Shown piece after piece: positions 9,708-19,026 of a stretch of 64,000 nucleotides of DNA. A model generated the notes under the pieces. That model ran no database searches. It was given only the letters and a program-made list of their open reading frames with translations, and was not told where the DNA came from. Source of the DNA: Pseudomonas phage EL; the sequence record AJ697969.1, one strand, 5' to 3'. Both the position numbers and the translations under genes were made by a program. Every line of letters begins with the position of its first letter. Position 1 is the stretch's first letter.

Positions 9708-10946
9708 ATGAAAAGCTTTATTGATGTATCAGTAGTAGAAGATGGGGGTAAACAGTTCCTCTTCGGTATTACTGCGAATCAAAAGACAGGACGACCCGAA
9801 GTCGTAGGATATACCGATCCTGATTATTTCAGAGAGGGTGCTGACCGTGTGTTTGAACAGCTTATCCGGGAAGAACAACGAAAGGAAGCGGATATTAAAC
9901 TCCAGTTAGCCTTTATTAAGGTGGTCAAGGAACATCCCGGTAAACAACTGCAACTCACGCTTTGCTACAGCGCAAATGGACCGTCAGCTGGAGAATTTTA
10001 TTGGGTGGAGGATCGGTGTTATACGGCTGACGGAGTGTCCTTCCTATCGAATGCTCCGGTGTGTATCTATCATAAGAACTGTCTGGATGGTACTGCGGCA
10101 GCTTGGGCGGTAAGACGTGCACTCCCCTTGGTTGAATTGGTGGCTATGAGCTATCATGATGATCCGTACGAACTCTTTGGCCCGGGGTTGGAGTATCTAC
10201 AAGGGAGAATGGTCTATTGTGTTGATTTCAGTTTTAAGAAAGCAGTTGTAGAAGCGATTGCTAATTTACCGGATACAGGCTTGTTGATCTTGGATCATCA
10301 CGAGAGTGCTCAACGGGAACTGGGTGAACTCGTCGTTGGTTATTCCGGGAAATCAACGCTGGGTGATCGGGTTGAGATTATCATCGATATGACACGTTCA
10401 GGCGCTAAGTTGACGTACGACTACTTCCACCCTCAACAACCGACGCCTCCGGGTATTCTGGCGGTACAAGATCGGGATCTGTGGAAATGGGGGTACGAAG
10501 GCAGTAAGGAATGGACCGCAGCTGCCTTTGGGTATCCCCTCACCGTTGAGAGTTTCGATAAACTGATTCATCGGGATTACCAAGACGTGGTAGAAGAAGG
10601 TCGTACCGTCCTTCGTAAGCAGGAATTGGATGTCGAGAAACTGCTCCCGAGTGCGCGGCCTTACACGTTGGAGGGGTACAACTGCTTGATTGTTAATGCC
10701 AGTTATTTCCACGCCAGTGATGTAGGGGATAAACTGAAGGGTCGAGACGGTATTGACTTTGTAGTCACTTACATGGATGGTAAGGATAGCCGGATCTTCT
10801 CTCTACGGGGTAAGGATAAAGTGAACCTAGCGGAAGTGGCTGAACGTTTTGGAGGAGGCGGCCACCCTAACGCAGCAGGGTTCACCTTGAGCTTCAACGA
10901 TCCTCGTTTCTCCCAGTCACACCTGTTACTATATTCCGGTACTTAA
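9708..10946 (+). CDS. DHH/DHHA1-family phosphoesterase (RecJ/NrnA-like) with N-terminal extension of about 120 aa
   Basis: DHH motifs YHKNCLDG (motif I), ILDHHES (motif III) and FGGGGHPNAAGF (DHHA1 GGGH). The ATG at 9708 is preferred because of a GGAG RBS. Confidence 0.75.
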   Translation: MKSFIDVSVVEDGGKQFLFGITANQKTGRPEVVGYTDPDYFREGADRVFEQLIREEQRKEADIKLQLAFIKVVKEHPGKQLQLTLCYSANGPSAGEFYWVEDRCYTADGVSFLSNAPVCIYHKNCLDGTAAAWAVRRALPLVELVAMSYHDDPYELFGPGLEYLQGRMVYCVDFSFKKAVVEAIANLPDTGLLILDHHESAQRELGELVVGYSGKSTLGDRVEIIIDMTRSGAKLTYDYFHPQQPTPPGILAVQDRDLWKWGYEGSKEWTAAAFGYPLTVESFDKLIHRDYQDVVEEGRTVLRKQELDVEKLLPSARPYTLEGYNCLIVNASYFHASDVGDKLKGRDGIDFVVTYMDGKDSRIFSLRGKDKVNLAEVAERFGGGGHPNAAGFTLSFNDPRFSQSHLLLYSGT

Positions 10947-11114
10947 ATGGACACTCACACACTGTTCTTAATCATTGACCTGGTAGGTAAATCCGTTTTT
11001 ATTGGTGACTTAGTGACTCGCGTGGACGACCATCGACTTATGAAGTCTATCCGATATTTGGAGAATCGGAAGGTGATTAAAACAGTTACGGTTACCCAAT
11101 GTTTACGTAACTAA
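10947..11114 (+). CDS. Small hypothetical protein (55 aa)
   Basis: ATG directly abuts the TAA of the DHH gene. It is not in the ORF track, being under 60 aa. Confidence 0.3.
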   Translation: MDTHTLFLIIDLVGKSVFIGDLVTRVDDHRLMKSIRYLENRKVIKTVTVTQCLRN

Positions 11115-11133
11115 CAGGTATTCCATTTGATGG

Positions 11134-11184
11134 GGGGTGGTTAGTATACAGGCTAACCACCCTGTTCTCTCTATTTTTTTTTTC
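11134..11184 (+). terminator. Hairpin plus T-run
   Basis: GGGTGGTTAG-tatacaggc-CTAACCACC followed by T11 run at 11174-11184. Confidence 0.5.
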
Positions 11185-11196
11185 GGGATAAGTGGA

Positions 11197-11622
11197 ATGA
11201 ATAATTACGGGTATGTGGATGTGTCCTTGGTAGGACCTGAAGTAGAGGAAATCTTTGGCTTGCTCTTGGAGTGTGGTATTGCACCGGCTGCGGAGTATAA
11301 CCTGCATTGTACCCTGATGTACGATGAACAGGCAGAAGAACCGCTGGTGAAACTGAATCCTGATGCGAAATTCACCGCCTACGTGACAGGGATTGATGTA
11401 CTGGGAGATGGATTGGTGTTTAACCTTACCAGCAAAGACCTCGCTGATGAACACCGCAGGTTGAAAGACGGTGGATATACCCATTCCTTTGATGCCTTCT
11501 TACCGCACATGTCTGTCACCTATGACTTCGATGAATACGACATGTTGAAAGTGAAGCAAGCTTTCGCAACCTGGGGTGGTCGACAACTCACCTTCAGTAA
11601 AGAATCGTTCGGAACCAAATAA
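11197..11622 (+). CDS. 2H phosphoesterase superfamily protein (LigT-like; candidate Acb1-like cyclic-oligonucleotide phosphodiesterase)
   Basis: Two H-x-T/S-x motifs (LHCTLMY and PHMSVTY) about 65 aa apart in a roughly 141-aa protein, which is the 2H family hallmark. Confidence 0.55.
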   Translation: MNNYGYVDVSLVGPEVEEIFGLLLECGIAPAAEYNLHCTLMYDEQAEEPLVKLNPDAKFTAYVTGIDVLGDGLVFNLTSKDLADEHRRLKDGGYTHSFDAFLPHMSVTYDFDEYDMLKVKQAFATWGGRQLTFSKESFGTK

Positions 11623-11630
11623 GACCCGAT

Positions 11631-11664
11631 ACTACCCCTACCCTTGACCGGGTAGGGGTAGGTT
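11631..11664 (+). terminator. Hairpin terminator
   Basis: CTACCCCTACCC-ttgacc-GGGTAGGGGTAG then GTTT. Confidence 0.6.
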
Positions 11665-11686
11665 TAAGGGAGTAAAAAATTAAGTT

Positions 11687-11708
11687 AAGGAATGAAACAA
11701 ACCTACAT
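11687..11708 (+). promoter_or_regulatory. Conserved phage promoter-like motif, copy 2
   Basis: acaaacCTACATTACCAGGGTG, 77 nt upstream of ATG 11785. Confidence 0.5.
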
Positions 11709-11784
11709 TACCAGGGTGAATAGACAACGGGATTGTTTGCAGGTAAGTGACTTTCCCTTCTAAAGACAGAAAAGGGTTATAAAG

Positions 11785-12999
11785 ATGAGCGTGACTACTG
11801 ACTTCAATGCCGCCCTGGCGAATGTCTTGAGTGACATCGGTGAAAAGACAGACCGTGAGGAGATCCTGTCGATCATCTACCACCACCTCTTCGACGAGAC
11901 GCGTTTCAATAAATCAAAGCGTCCGTCTGCGCTGAAGAAGATCAACGAGGCGACTCGTTCCCGGTTTACGATGAACGACGTTCGTCACGCCGGTAAGAAA
12001 CCGGAGAAGTTGATCGTAACGGATAAACTGTCCGGTCATGTTGACATTCCCGTCCGTGTGATGGGTGAAGTGAATGAACAGGCCTCGCAGGCAGAGACTG
12101 TTCCGGCAACCCCCACTGAAACTGATGCAATGACCCACCTGGAGAACACCATGAAAGAAGAAAACCAACCGCTCGCCCAACAACTCCTGGAACGATCCCA
12201 AGGTGCCCGCGCCGCCTATGAAGAACAGGCGGGGGCTTCCAGCTGGTCCGACAGCAATGACAGCGACGAGGTCGTCGAGGTACTGGGGGTGACCTTCAAG
12301 GCCGATAACATCCTGTCCTACACCATCGACGCCTGGCTGATCAACGGCGGTCTCCCGACTCACCTGAAGACCGAACTGGAAGAGCTCGTCAAGAGTCAAG
12401 ACCACTCGTCCCCGGCGGGTGCGCTCCGTGCCTTCCTGGACGACCACCCCGAACTCAGCCAGGAGTTCATCAATCAGTACAGCAAGGCGGTAAAAGACAT
12501 CAACGCCACCGGCGTGGAAGCTGAAAAGGCGCGCCGTGATGCGGCTAAAGCCCAACGGCAAGCGCCGGGTACCTTCAAGGAACGTGTCGTCTACACCCTC
12601 CGGGGCGGTCGTGAAGAAGGCTTCGGTTCCGGCGCGGTGGCGGCTGCTGCGGCGATCATCGGCGGTGGTGTCGAAATGGCATCACGTGGGAATGTGAGCA
12701 TCGGTTCGGTTGTGGGTACGGGGCTGGGTGCGGCGGCCGGTTACTTCGCGGCTGAGAAAGCAGAAGGCCTCATGAAGAGCGAACCGGGTCGTTACATCGT
12801 GAGTGGTTCGATCGGTCTGATCCTGGGTGGGGCGGGTTCCAACCTCGGACGTACCACTCAAGGCCTTCTGGGCTTCGGTCCTCAGCAGCCCCAAGGCGAG
12901 CCCGTAGCGACGGTTTCCGTTCGGGAGCAGGTCACGGCACAACCGGAACCGGTTCCTCAATCCCAGGGCATTCTGGCCACGGTAGCTGCCCTGTTCTAA
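11785..12999 (+). CDS. Hypothetical protein with Gly/Ala-rich hydrophobic C-terminal region (possible membrane or virion protein)
   Basis: 404-aa ORF with strong GC3 codon bias. C-terminal GSGAVAAAAAIIGGGV...GLGAAAGYF...GLILGGAGS glycine-zipper-like segments. Confidence 0.55.
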   Translation: MSVTTDFNAALANVLSDIGEKTDREEILSIIYHHLFDETRFNKSKRPSALKKINEATRSRFTMNDVRHAGKKPEKLIVTDKLSGHVDIPVRVMGEVNEQASQAETVPATPTETDAMTHLENTMKEENQPLAQQLLERSQGARAAYEEQAGASSWSDSNDSDEVVEVLGVTFKADNILSYTIDAWLINGGLPTHLKTELEELVKSQDHSSPAGALRAFLDDHPELSQEFINQYSKAVKDINATGVEAEKARRDAAKAQRQAPGTFKERVVYTLRGGREEGFGSGAVAAAAAIIGGGVEMASRGNVSIGSVVGTGLGAAAGYFAAEKAEGLMKSEPGRYIVSGSIGLILGGAGSNLGRTTQGLLGFGPQQPQGEPVATVSVREQVTAQPEPVPQSQGILATVAALF

Positions 13000-13054
13000 G
13001 CAATACGGAATAACAGCGAACATGATTAAACTCAGTTAATCGACTGACGGTGCT

Positions 13055-13084
13055 CGACTACGAGGGGTTATTCCCTCGTAGTTG
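13055..13084 (+). terminator. Hairpin terminator
   Basis: CGACTACGAGGG-gttatt-CCCTCGTAGTTG. Confidence 0.5.
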
Positions 13085-13105
13085 GGTATTCGTTCTCTAT
13101 TTTTT

Positions 13106-13128
13106 AATACACCTACATCATTCTTGTG
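13106..13128 (+). promoter_or_regulatory. Conserved phage promoter-like motif, copy 9 (variant)
   Basis: aatacaCCTACATCATTCTTGTG. Confidence 0.4.
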
Positions 13129-13130
13129 TA

Positions 13131-13484
13131 ATGAGAGTGTTTATTTTTGTTAGAGGTAAGGTTGTGAACACATCCAACACACCACATAAACCCCTCCAGT
13201 TCAGCCATCAGTTCTTCTACACCATGGGGTATAAGGCTGGGTACTACGGAGCTCCACTCGAATTCAAGGATTACTCCTTGTCTTCGTGCCAATTCAATTG
13301 CCTCTACTTGGGGTATATCCACGGGTATTCTGAGAAGAGAAAGAAAGGGATTTGGAATTTCCTTAAGAATGTCTACCTTAAAGTGCGGTATAAAAGAACC
13401 CTTATTGGGGATTCCCAAGCCCAGTTTGAGAAGGACTATGGGCATATCCCCCAGATTCGTTATCACCTTAATCCATCTGAATAA
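13131..13484 (+). CDS. Hypothetical protein (start uncertain; possibly leaderless or starts at 13224)
   Basis: ORF directly after motif copy 9. AT-rich region with no clear RBS. Confidence 0.3.
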   Translation: MRVFIFVRGKVVNTSNTPHKPLQFSHQFFYTMGYKAGYYGAPLEFKDYSLSSCQFNCLYLGYIHGYSEKRKKGIWNFLKNVYLKVRYKRTLIGDSQAQFEKDYGHIPQIRYHLNPSE

Positions 13485-13499
13485 GCGAGGTTGATATTA

Positions 13500-14099
13500 A
13501 TGGACGCATATGTCAACGATCCAACGCTCCCTAACTTCGATCAAGAGATCCGAGCGCTCCAATACCTTAAAGACCATTTTACCCGTAATCCCAAGAAGAT
13601 GAAGAAGATGTGTCTGAGGATGTTGCCTGAACTCCCTGGGTTCATTAGGGACGCCTTTATTAACAACATTATTCTGGGGAAAGATCCTATTCACTGGCTG
13701 GAACACGCATTCGCTGAAATGGACCAGTATCCTGTCTTAATGAAACAGTTCATTGAGGAAGGGAACCATGGGATGATCTTTGATAAGGGAACCCTCTATG
13801 GTTTCAGCCTGAAGACCAACCCGAAGTGGTTGAGTAACCAAGATGGGGAATGGGACCCTGAGGAAGAGCAGGCGATTATCGATCAGGCGCTGAATGCATG
13901 GATGGTTAAGGAGCGTCGTCGAAGCTTCCGAGGGCGTATTGTGCTCTTCCAAGACTTTGGGTTCTCCGGGATTACGTTCCTGGTCGATCACGCTTTTACG
14001 GATGAATACTGGGAGGAATGTCAGAAACAATGGGAACTGGAGGATAAACGCCAGTTGGATCAAGAACTTAGGGCACTTCTTTCTAAGGCAGGTTGTTGA
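13500..14099 (+). CDS. Hypothetical protein
   Basis: GAGG RBS 9 nt before ATG 13500. 199-aa ORF. Confidence 0.5.
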   Translation: MDAYVNDPTLPNFDQEIRALQYLKDHFTRNPKKMKKMCLRMLPELPGFIRDAFINNIILGKDPIHWLEHAFAEMDQYPVLMKQFIEEGNHGMIFDKGTLYGFSLKTNPKWLSNQDGEWDPEEEQAIIDQALNAWMVKERRRSFRGRIVLFQDFGFSGITFLVDHAFTDEYWEECQKQWELEDKRQLDQELRALLSKAGC

Positions 14100-14213
14100 G
14101 CATCACAGTCTGCGGAACAACATCTTCTCGCAGGGCGAGGATTACCTCAAAGCCCGCAAATCCACCACTCAGGGTCTTGTTACCTTGAACATCAGCTGTA
14201 AGGAGCTTAAGTA

Positions 14214-14588
14214 ATGCAATACACCCAAGAGAGTTTGGCCGAGACTCCAATGGAACAACGTATCGAAGCGATGCTGTTCGGACTCCAAACCCTGACCTTC
14301 CAAATGAACACCTCGATCGTCGAGTTCTACATCGGCGAGGTCAAGCTGAAAGCGCAGCCGGGTGCTCTGGTCGCTGACATCGTCGTCGAGCGCGATGGTG
14401 AACCGCTGGTGCATTACCGCGCCCGTTCCGAAGGCACCACCATTTCGATACCGAAGTCCAGTGTCAGTGAGCAGAAACTCATCGAGTACCTCGAGAAGTT
14501 CTCGGTCATGGTGATCTACGCTATTCACCGTGCGTTTATCAAGGAACATTGCGATAACCGCACTACCCTCATCCCTCCCCAAGAGTAA
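14214..14588 (+). CDS. Hypothetical protein (GC3-rich codon usage)
   Basis: 124-aa ORF with AAGGAG RBS, followed by a hairpin. Confidence 0.5.
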   Translation: MQYTQESLAETPMEQRIEAMLFGLQTLTFQMNTSIVEFYIGEVKLKAQPGALVADIVVERDGEPLVHYRARSEGTTISIPKSSVSEQKLIEYLEKFSVMVIYAIHRAFIKEHCDNRTTLIPPQE

Positions 14589-14596
14589 TCTTACTT

Positions 14597-14618
14597 AGGG
14601 GTAGGCAACTACCCCTTC
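14597..14618 (+). terminator. Short hairpin
   Basis: AGGGGTAG-gcaa-CTACCCCT. Confidence 0.4.
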
Positions 14619-14671
14619 CCCGATCCTGGGTTATTCTCTGCTGGATCGGAATAATAAACGGTGAGGATGCC

Positions 14672-14836
14672 ATGAAACCTAAAGTCGAACACCCCAAGGT
14701 TCCCTATACCCCCTTCTTAACCTTTCCCGAATACCTTGTTGCTACCGATGTGAAGCTACAGGTTAAGGTGTTTAAGAAGGAATTGGAACGGATTAAGGAC
14801 GATCCCACTCACGAACTGAATACCTTGGTCCTGTAA
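14672..14836 (+). CDS. Small hypothetical protein (54 aa)
   Basis: GGTGAGGATG RBS before the ATG. Not in track, being under 60 aa. Confidence 0.35.
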   Translation: MKPKVEHPKVPYTPFLTFPEYLVATDVKLQVKVFKKELERIKDDPTHELNTLVL

Positions 14837-14915
14837 CCCGCTTAACCACCCCCACTCTGTAAAAGGAGTTGGGGTGGCGGGTGTTTATTTCTTTTAGTTT
14901 AAAACGTATTTATTC

Positions 14916-14937
14916 TCAAACCTACATTATTCATATG
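14916..14937 (+). promoter_or_regulatory. Conserved phage promoter-like motif, copy 3
   Basis: tcaaacCTACATTATTCATATG, 46 nt upstream of ATG 14983. Confidence 0.5.
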
Positions 14938-14982
14938 AATTGAGCAATATGATTATTGTTTAACCCAAAGGAGGAACACTTC

Positions 14983-15387
14983 ATGACAGACCGTTCGTTG
15001 AAAACTGACCGAGATGATGAATGCGGCGGGGGCCCGCTCACGCAGTTTGTCGACTACGTTACGAACAAAGACCATATACGGAATCACGAGAAATACTTGA
15101 TGGGTCGGTATGCTCGTGGGACTGAATCGGGACTGGAAGCGTGGATTAAATTCCAGTACGTCTTCGGGAGAGCGTTCGGTGAAGGGTACGTTGGGGATCT
15201 CAAGTTCAGGGTCTATTACGATTTCGATACAGGGTTCGAGTTGTTTTACGTTCCCTTTGCGTCCGGTCTCCGTCTGGAAAGACAGGGGGATGCACCTATG
15301 GTGTTCAGCCCAGATCCCAATCAACCGGGTAATGAGAAGGAGTTCATCAAATTCCTGGTTGAACATCAGGCTAATCGTCAGAAATAA
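14983..15387 (+). CDS. Hypothetical protein
   Basis: AAAGGAGG RBS with ATG at 14983. Confidence 0.5.
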   Translation: MTDRSLKTDRDDECGGGPLTQFVDYVTNKDHIRNHEKYLMGRYARGTESGLEAWIKFQYVFGRAFGEGYVGDLKFRVYYDFDTGFELFYVPFASGLRLERQGDAPMVFSPDPNQPGNEKEFIKFLVEHQANRQK

Positions 15388-15401
15388 GAACGGGTATTAC
15401 G

Positions 15402-15710
15402 ATGACCAAATCCCCTGGGAGTCCTGAGGAAGAAGTTCCTATGATTCTTCCTAACGGAGAGTTCAATCCTAAATGGAGAACGTGGTACGGTAACCAATAC
15501 GGCCTGAAACCTAAGGAGGTCAGTTATCATCAGGTGGAACGGGTTAAGAAGATGCCTGAACCAGATCTGGTGACGAGGTCAGGTAAACTGAATCCTGTTT
15601 GGATCACCTGGTACCGGGTTATCAACAAGGTCACTACACCCACCGCTCGCAATGCAGGTAAAGCGATTCTTGCTTTACGAGCTAAACAGACTAAGGAGGA
15701 AACGGCATGA
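15402..15710 (+). CDS. Hypothetical protein
   Basis: 102-aa ORF. An alternative start at 15441 has a GAGGAAG RBS. Confidence 0.4.
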   Translation: MTKSPGSPEEEVPMILPNGEFNPKWRTWYGNQYGLKPKEVSYHQVERVKKMPEPDLVTRSGKLNPVWITWYRVINKVTTPTARNAGKAILALRAKQTKEETA

Positions 15711-15916
15711 GCACACGACGTTTAATGAACCGTCCGCCCGTAAAGCCACTGGGTCTCCAGTTTGATCGGGAAGCGTTGTGGTTGGCTCGTATCAGCTTCA
15801 TGATGACGATGGAGATAGGGACATCTCAAGGGGCTGAATTCCTAGCTGCTGAACGTCGGTTTAGCAAGGATGCCATTGAACTCACTACTCGTTTCCTCTC
15901 GGGTAATAAGAACTGA
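15707..15916 (+). CDS. Hypothetical protein
   Basis: AAGGAGG RBS. Overlaps the upstream gene stop (ATGA). Confidence 0.45.
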   Translation: MSTRRLMNRPPVKPLGLQFDREALWLARISFMMTMEIGTSQGAEFLAAERRFSKDAIELTTRFLSGNKN

Positions 15917-16196
15917 ATGTCAACTCTACGTGAAATAGCTGAATGGGTACGTGAGCAATCCTTAAAGACCCAGGAGAGTCAACAAAATGTCCCTGTCGCA
16001 CCAATTCAAGAAATACCCGTTGGCAACGAGCTTCCGTCATACAGAAGTTCCGTGTTTCAATACGAAGATGTACGACTTGCCTCAAGTTAACGCTTCGTAT
16101 GGGAAATCCCAAGTCACACAGTTCTTGCTCAGACGGGCGCTGTTGAATAAAACGAAGTAACGTTCTGGACTAAAGAGAATAAGGAGTTCTGCGTTC

Positions 16197-16643
16197 ATGA
16201 AACACTTTATCTTTGCAATTCTGCTGTTCCCCGTGGTAGCGTTCGGTGCGGTTAACCGTGAGAGCGCGCTCAACGGTCCTGAGACCTACACCTGTGAAGG
16301 GTACACTGACAACGTTGTTGATACCGTTGAGGGGAGTAATGAAATCATAACGGACAATCCCATCCAGTGGGAGAGGACCGTAGTGCTTCGAACGACTCGG
16401 GGATATGTAATCAAAGCGAATTCACTCTTCAAGGAAGATCAAATCCTGATGGTAGAACCTTTGATTACGAAGAAGGCGGACTATGCCGACAATGATTTCA
16501 TCATGTTGTTTAAGAAGTTCAACGATGTAGGAACCCCCTATTTCCTCCTCTTCGTTACTGATGATCCCACCGTCAGCAGTGAAGAGGAAGATGAGAACCC
16601 CATTGTCCGGGTCGTCACCATAGCACCCTGTCGTGTGAATTAA
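16197..16643 (+). CDS. Hypothetical secreted protein (N-terminal signal peptide)
   Basis: MKHFIFAILLFPVVAFGA signal-like N-terminus, AAGGAG RBS, acidic C-terminus. Confidence 0.5.
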   Translation: MKHFIFAILLFPVVAFGAVNRESALNGPETYTCEGYTDNVVDTVEGSNEIITDNPIQWERTVVLRTTRGYVIKANSLFKEDQILMVEPLITKKADYADNDFIMLFKKFNDVGTPYFLLFVTDDPTVSSEEEDENPIVRVVTIAPCRVN

Positions 16644-16655
16644 CTTCCGGTGCAG

Positions 16656-16682
16656 AACAGGAGGGACATCCCTCCTGTTCAT
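16656..16682 (+). terminator. Hairpin terminator
   Basis: GAACAGGAGGGA-cat-CCCTCCTGTTC. Confidence 0.55.
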
Positions 16683-16706
16683 CCACATTAAGATAGGACA
16701 CGCCCT

Positions 16707-17189
16707 ATGACAATTCGTTTAGACATTCTCCACCGGTTTCATCAGATTGAGGGGATACGGGAGACCATCATCGACTTCTCTACCCGACTGTTCGACTACG
16801 AGTTTGCCTTGTCGGGAATACCCGCCCACCTCAAAGACCAATACGAAGTCCCAAACTCGGCAAACGCTTATGATGAGCTCTTCGCGGATACGGATCTCTG
16901 TATTCTGGCCTTGGATGAGGATACGCCCATCGGGATGCTGCTGTCCGCCTACGAACGCCCCAATGCCATCGAAGTCTTGTTTGTAGAAGAGAAGTACCGG
17001 AATAAGCACGTCGGTAAGGTTCTGGTTGAACAATTCCACCGCATTAAGCTGGGTCATCCGATCTTTGTCACCGTAATGGCGTGGAATCCCTCCGCGCGTC
17101 GCTTCTACGAACGGAATGGTTTTATCTTTAAGGAAGATAGCCAACATGGAGAACAGGCCTTAAAGGGTGTACGTTCTCTCCTGGATTAA
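16707..17189 (+). CDS. GNAT-family N-acetyltransferase
   Basis: VEEKYRNKHVGKVLV acetyl-CoA-binding-like segment and FYERNGF motif. Confidence 0.65.
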   Translation: MTIRLDILHRFHQIEGIRETIIDFSTRLFDYEFALSGIPAHLKDQYEVPNSANAYDELFADTDLCILALDEDTPIGMLLSAYERPNAIEVLFVEEKYRNKHVGKVLVEQFHRIKLGHPIFVTVMAWNPSARRFYERNGFIFKEDSQHGEQALKGVRSLLD

Positions 17190-17235
17190 ACCCTTACTTC
17201 CTACTCACTTCCTAGCAACAATGTTGGAGTCTAAG

Positions 17236-17781
17236 ATGACTACGATTGTGTTCAGTAACCGCGTCCTCCCTCCTGTCTTCCGTTCGGTCCACGGGGTTTA
17301 TGAATCCACGGCGATTAAAACCAAGGACGGACGACTCAAGTTGATAACGGGTTTCAGTTTCGGGAAAATGGGTGAAATCATTCGCGTAGGGTACATCGAT
17401 CCCCAGAAACTAACTGATCCCCGGGAACTGAAAGCTTACCACGACCAGGTCTTGGAAGTCATTGAACTGTTCGAGAACTTACAGTTCTGGGTTAAACAAC
17501 AGATTCGAGAGTACGAAAGAGGTGGGTATAAGAGCGTACCTGAATACTGCTCCTTCGTACTCCAACAAGAATACCCCATCCTGATCCACGGTAAGATTAA
17601 GGGCGCGGCGTTGAAAGTCGAGTTATTTGGTAGAGACATCAATGAAATGGTTTTCTCGACCACGCTGAATAACCCTGATCTCGAACGTATCTTCCTCGAT
17701 AAGTTGGCGGTCATCGTTGACGGTTTCCGGAATCACCTTTCTGACGTGGATAATAACGTCACTCTGGATCAATTGTTTTAA
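17236..17781 (+). CDS. Hypothetical protein
   Basis: ORF with GGAG RBS upstream of ATG 17236. Confidence 0.4.
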   Translation: MTTIVFSNRVLPPVFRSVHGVYESTAIKTKDGRLKLITGFSFGKMGEIIRVGYIDPQKLTDPRELKAYHDQVLEVIELFENLQFWVKQQIREYERGGYKSVPEYCSFVLQQEYPILIHGKIKGAALKVELFGRDINEMVFSTTLNNPDLERIFLDKLAVIVDGFRNHLSDVDNNVTLDQLF

Positions 17782-17791
17782 GGAGAACGGT

Positions 17792-18262
17792 ATGAAATGG
17801 ATTGTTTTGATCACCACGCTCCTGGTTTCTCTGGTTGTAAAGGCCAACGAAGATAGCTTTGTCTGTCACCAATACGGGTTTACCCAAGACCCTGAGCGTT
17901 TCCATTCCCTGTCCATGAGTCCCCAGGTTAATACGTTCGACCTCACCGCCGACCGAGTAATCTACCAAGGGCGTTTGTTTATCGGGGTGGAACCCCGAGA
18001 CTACGACTTTGATGACACGGTCGTAACCTACCTGAATGCGGAACGCAATGAGATTTTGTACTTCTACTTAGTGGGCGAGCAACCTGAAATAGGGATCAGT
18101 CGCTTGGTAGAAGACTCAGATACGTTTTTCAGCGATAAAGCGCTGTTTACGCACTGTTCATTCATCCCTAAAGGAGGAAGCGACGTTGACGATGCTTCCC
18201 AACATTCATCTCGTGTTAAAACCGGAGGAATTAGCGGACTTATCCCCGTACGACATTTTTAA
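17792..18262 (+). CDS. Hypothetical secreted protein
   Basis: AAGGAG RBS and MKWIVLITTLLVSLVVKANE signal-peptide-like N-terminus. Confidence 0.5.
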   Translation: MKWIVLITTLLVSLVVKANEDSFVCHQYGFTQDPERFHSLSMSPQVNTFDLTADRVIYQGRLFIGVEPRDYDFDDTVVTYLNAERNEILYFYLVGEQPEIGISRLVEDSDTFFSDKALFTHCSFIPKGGSDVDDASQHSSRVKTGGISGLIPVRHF

Positions 18263-18413
18263 AGTAAAGGCAGTCAAAGACACGGGGATTGTTATCGCCC
18301 ACGGCGCCCTTTGCTTTTTCATTAAAGGTATCCTTCCGGGTATTAAGACAGGGGACACTTTGTTCTTGTACAAGGACATGCTAATTCCGAAAGAACAACC
18401 TCTTTACATTTAA
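18186..18413 (+). CDS. Hypothetical small protein
   Basis: AAAGGAGG RBS. Overlaps the 3' end of the preceding ORF in another frame. Confidence 0.35.
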   Translation: MTMLPNIHLVLKPEELADLSPYDIFKVKAVKDTGIVIAHGALCFFIKGILPGIKTGDTLFLYKDMLIPKEQPLYI

Positions 18414-18421
18414 GGTGACGT

Positions 18422-18754
18422 ATGACAGTCGAATTTATTCCCACACCTTTGATGATGCAACACATTACCTCAGGGTATAGTGAAATCAACCAACAGGGAC
18501 GTACGGCTCTAGAGATCCAAGAGAAATCGAGTGGTGTACTGGAGCTAATACTTTTCAGTATGCAGCGGGTGAGCGATGCCTCGCGGACCTACGGGTACAG
18601 GTCCAAAGACTACCGAGAGGTCTCGGTCCGAGAAGAACAGTACCAGGCAGGCCTGGAGCTGCTCTATAAAGACCTTCTCCAGGCATTCGAAGCGAGGGTC
18701 GAAAACACCACCTCCACGCTCAAGAGTTTCAAGGACGAAAATGGGCTATGGTAA
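18422..18754 (+). CDS. Hypothetical protein
   Basis: 110-aa ORF. Confidence 0.4.
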   Translation: MTVEFIPTPLMMQHITSGYSEINQQGRTALEIQEKSSGVLELILFSMQRVSDASRTYGYRSKDYREVSVREEQYQAGLELLYKDLLQAFEARVENTTSTLKSFKDENGLW

Positions 18755-19026
18755 AGGTTGAGGTTAAACACGGACTCTCAGACTCCCAGCGAGCGGTGTT
18801 GAAAACCCAATTGCTGGATGTGGGGGTCCGTGTGGTAACTCTGACGAGGGGAGGTGACGAAACCCTAATAGGGTACGTGTATACTTTCAGTGGTAATAAC
18901 CCTATTGGGGTCCAGCTTCGTTTACAGGATCCGTCACTTTCCCTGACGCCACAACAGCTAGCCAGTTTTAAGTTTGCGATACGGAAGGGGCGGTTTGTTC
19001 TAGAGACACGCGGTAAGAAGAGGTGA
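18748..19026 (+). CDS. Hypothetical protein
   Basis: 92-aa ORF overlapping the upstream stop. Confidence 0.4.
   Translation: MVKVEVKHGLSDSQRAVLKTQLLDVGVRVVTLTRGGDETLIGYVYTFSGNNPIGVQLRLQDPSLSLTPQQLASFKFAIRKGRFVLETRGKKR

Noticed and set aside
11914-12561. 215-aa minus-strand ORF inside 11785..12999
   Set aside because: Same GC3 artefact. It has no RBS, and the plus-strand frame is preceded by the promoter-like motif.
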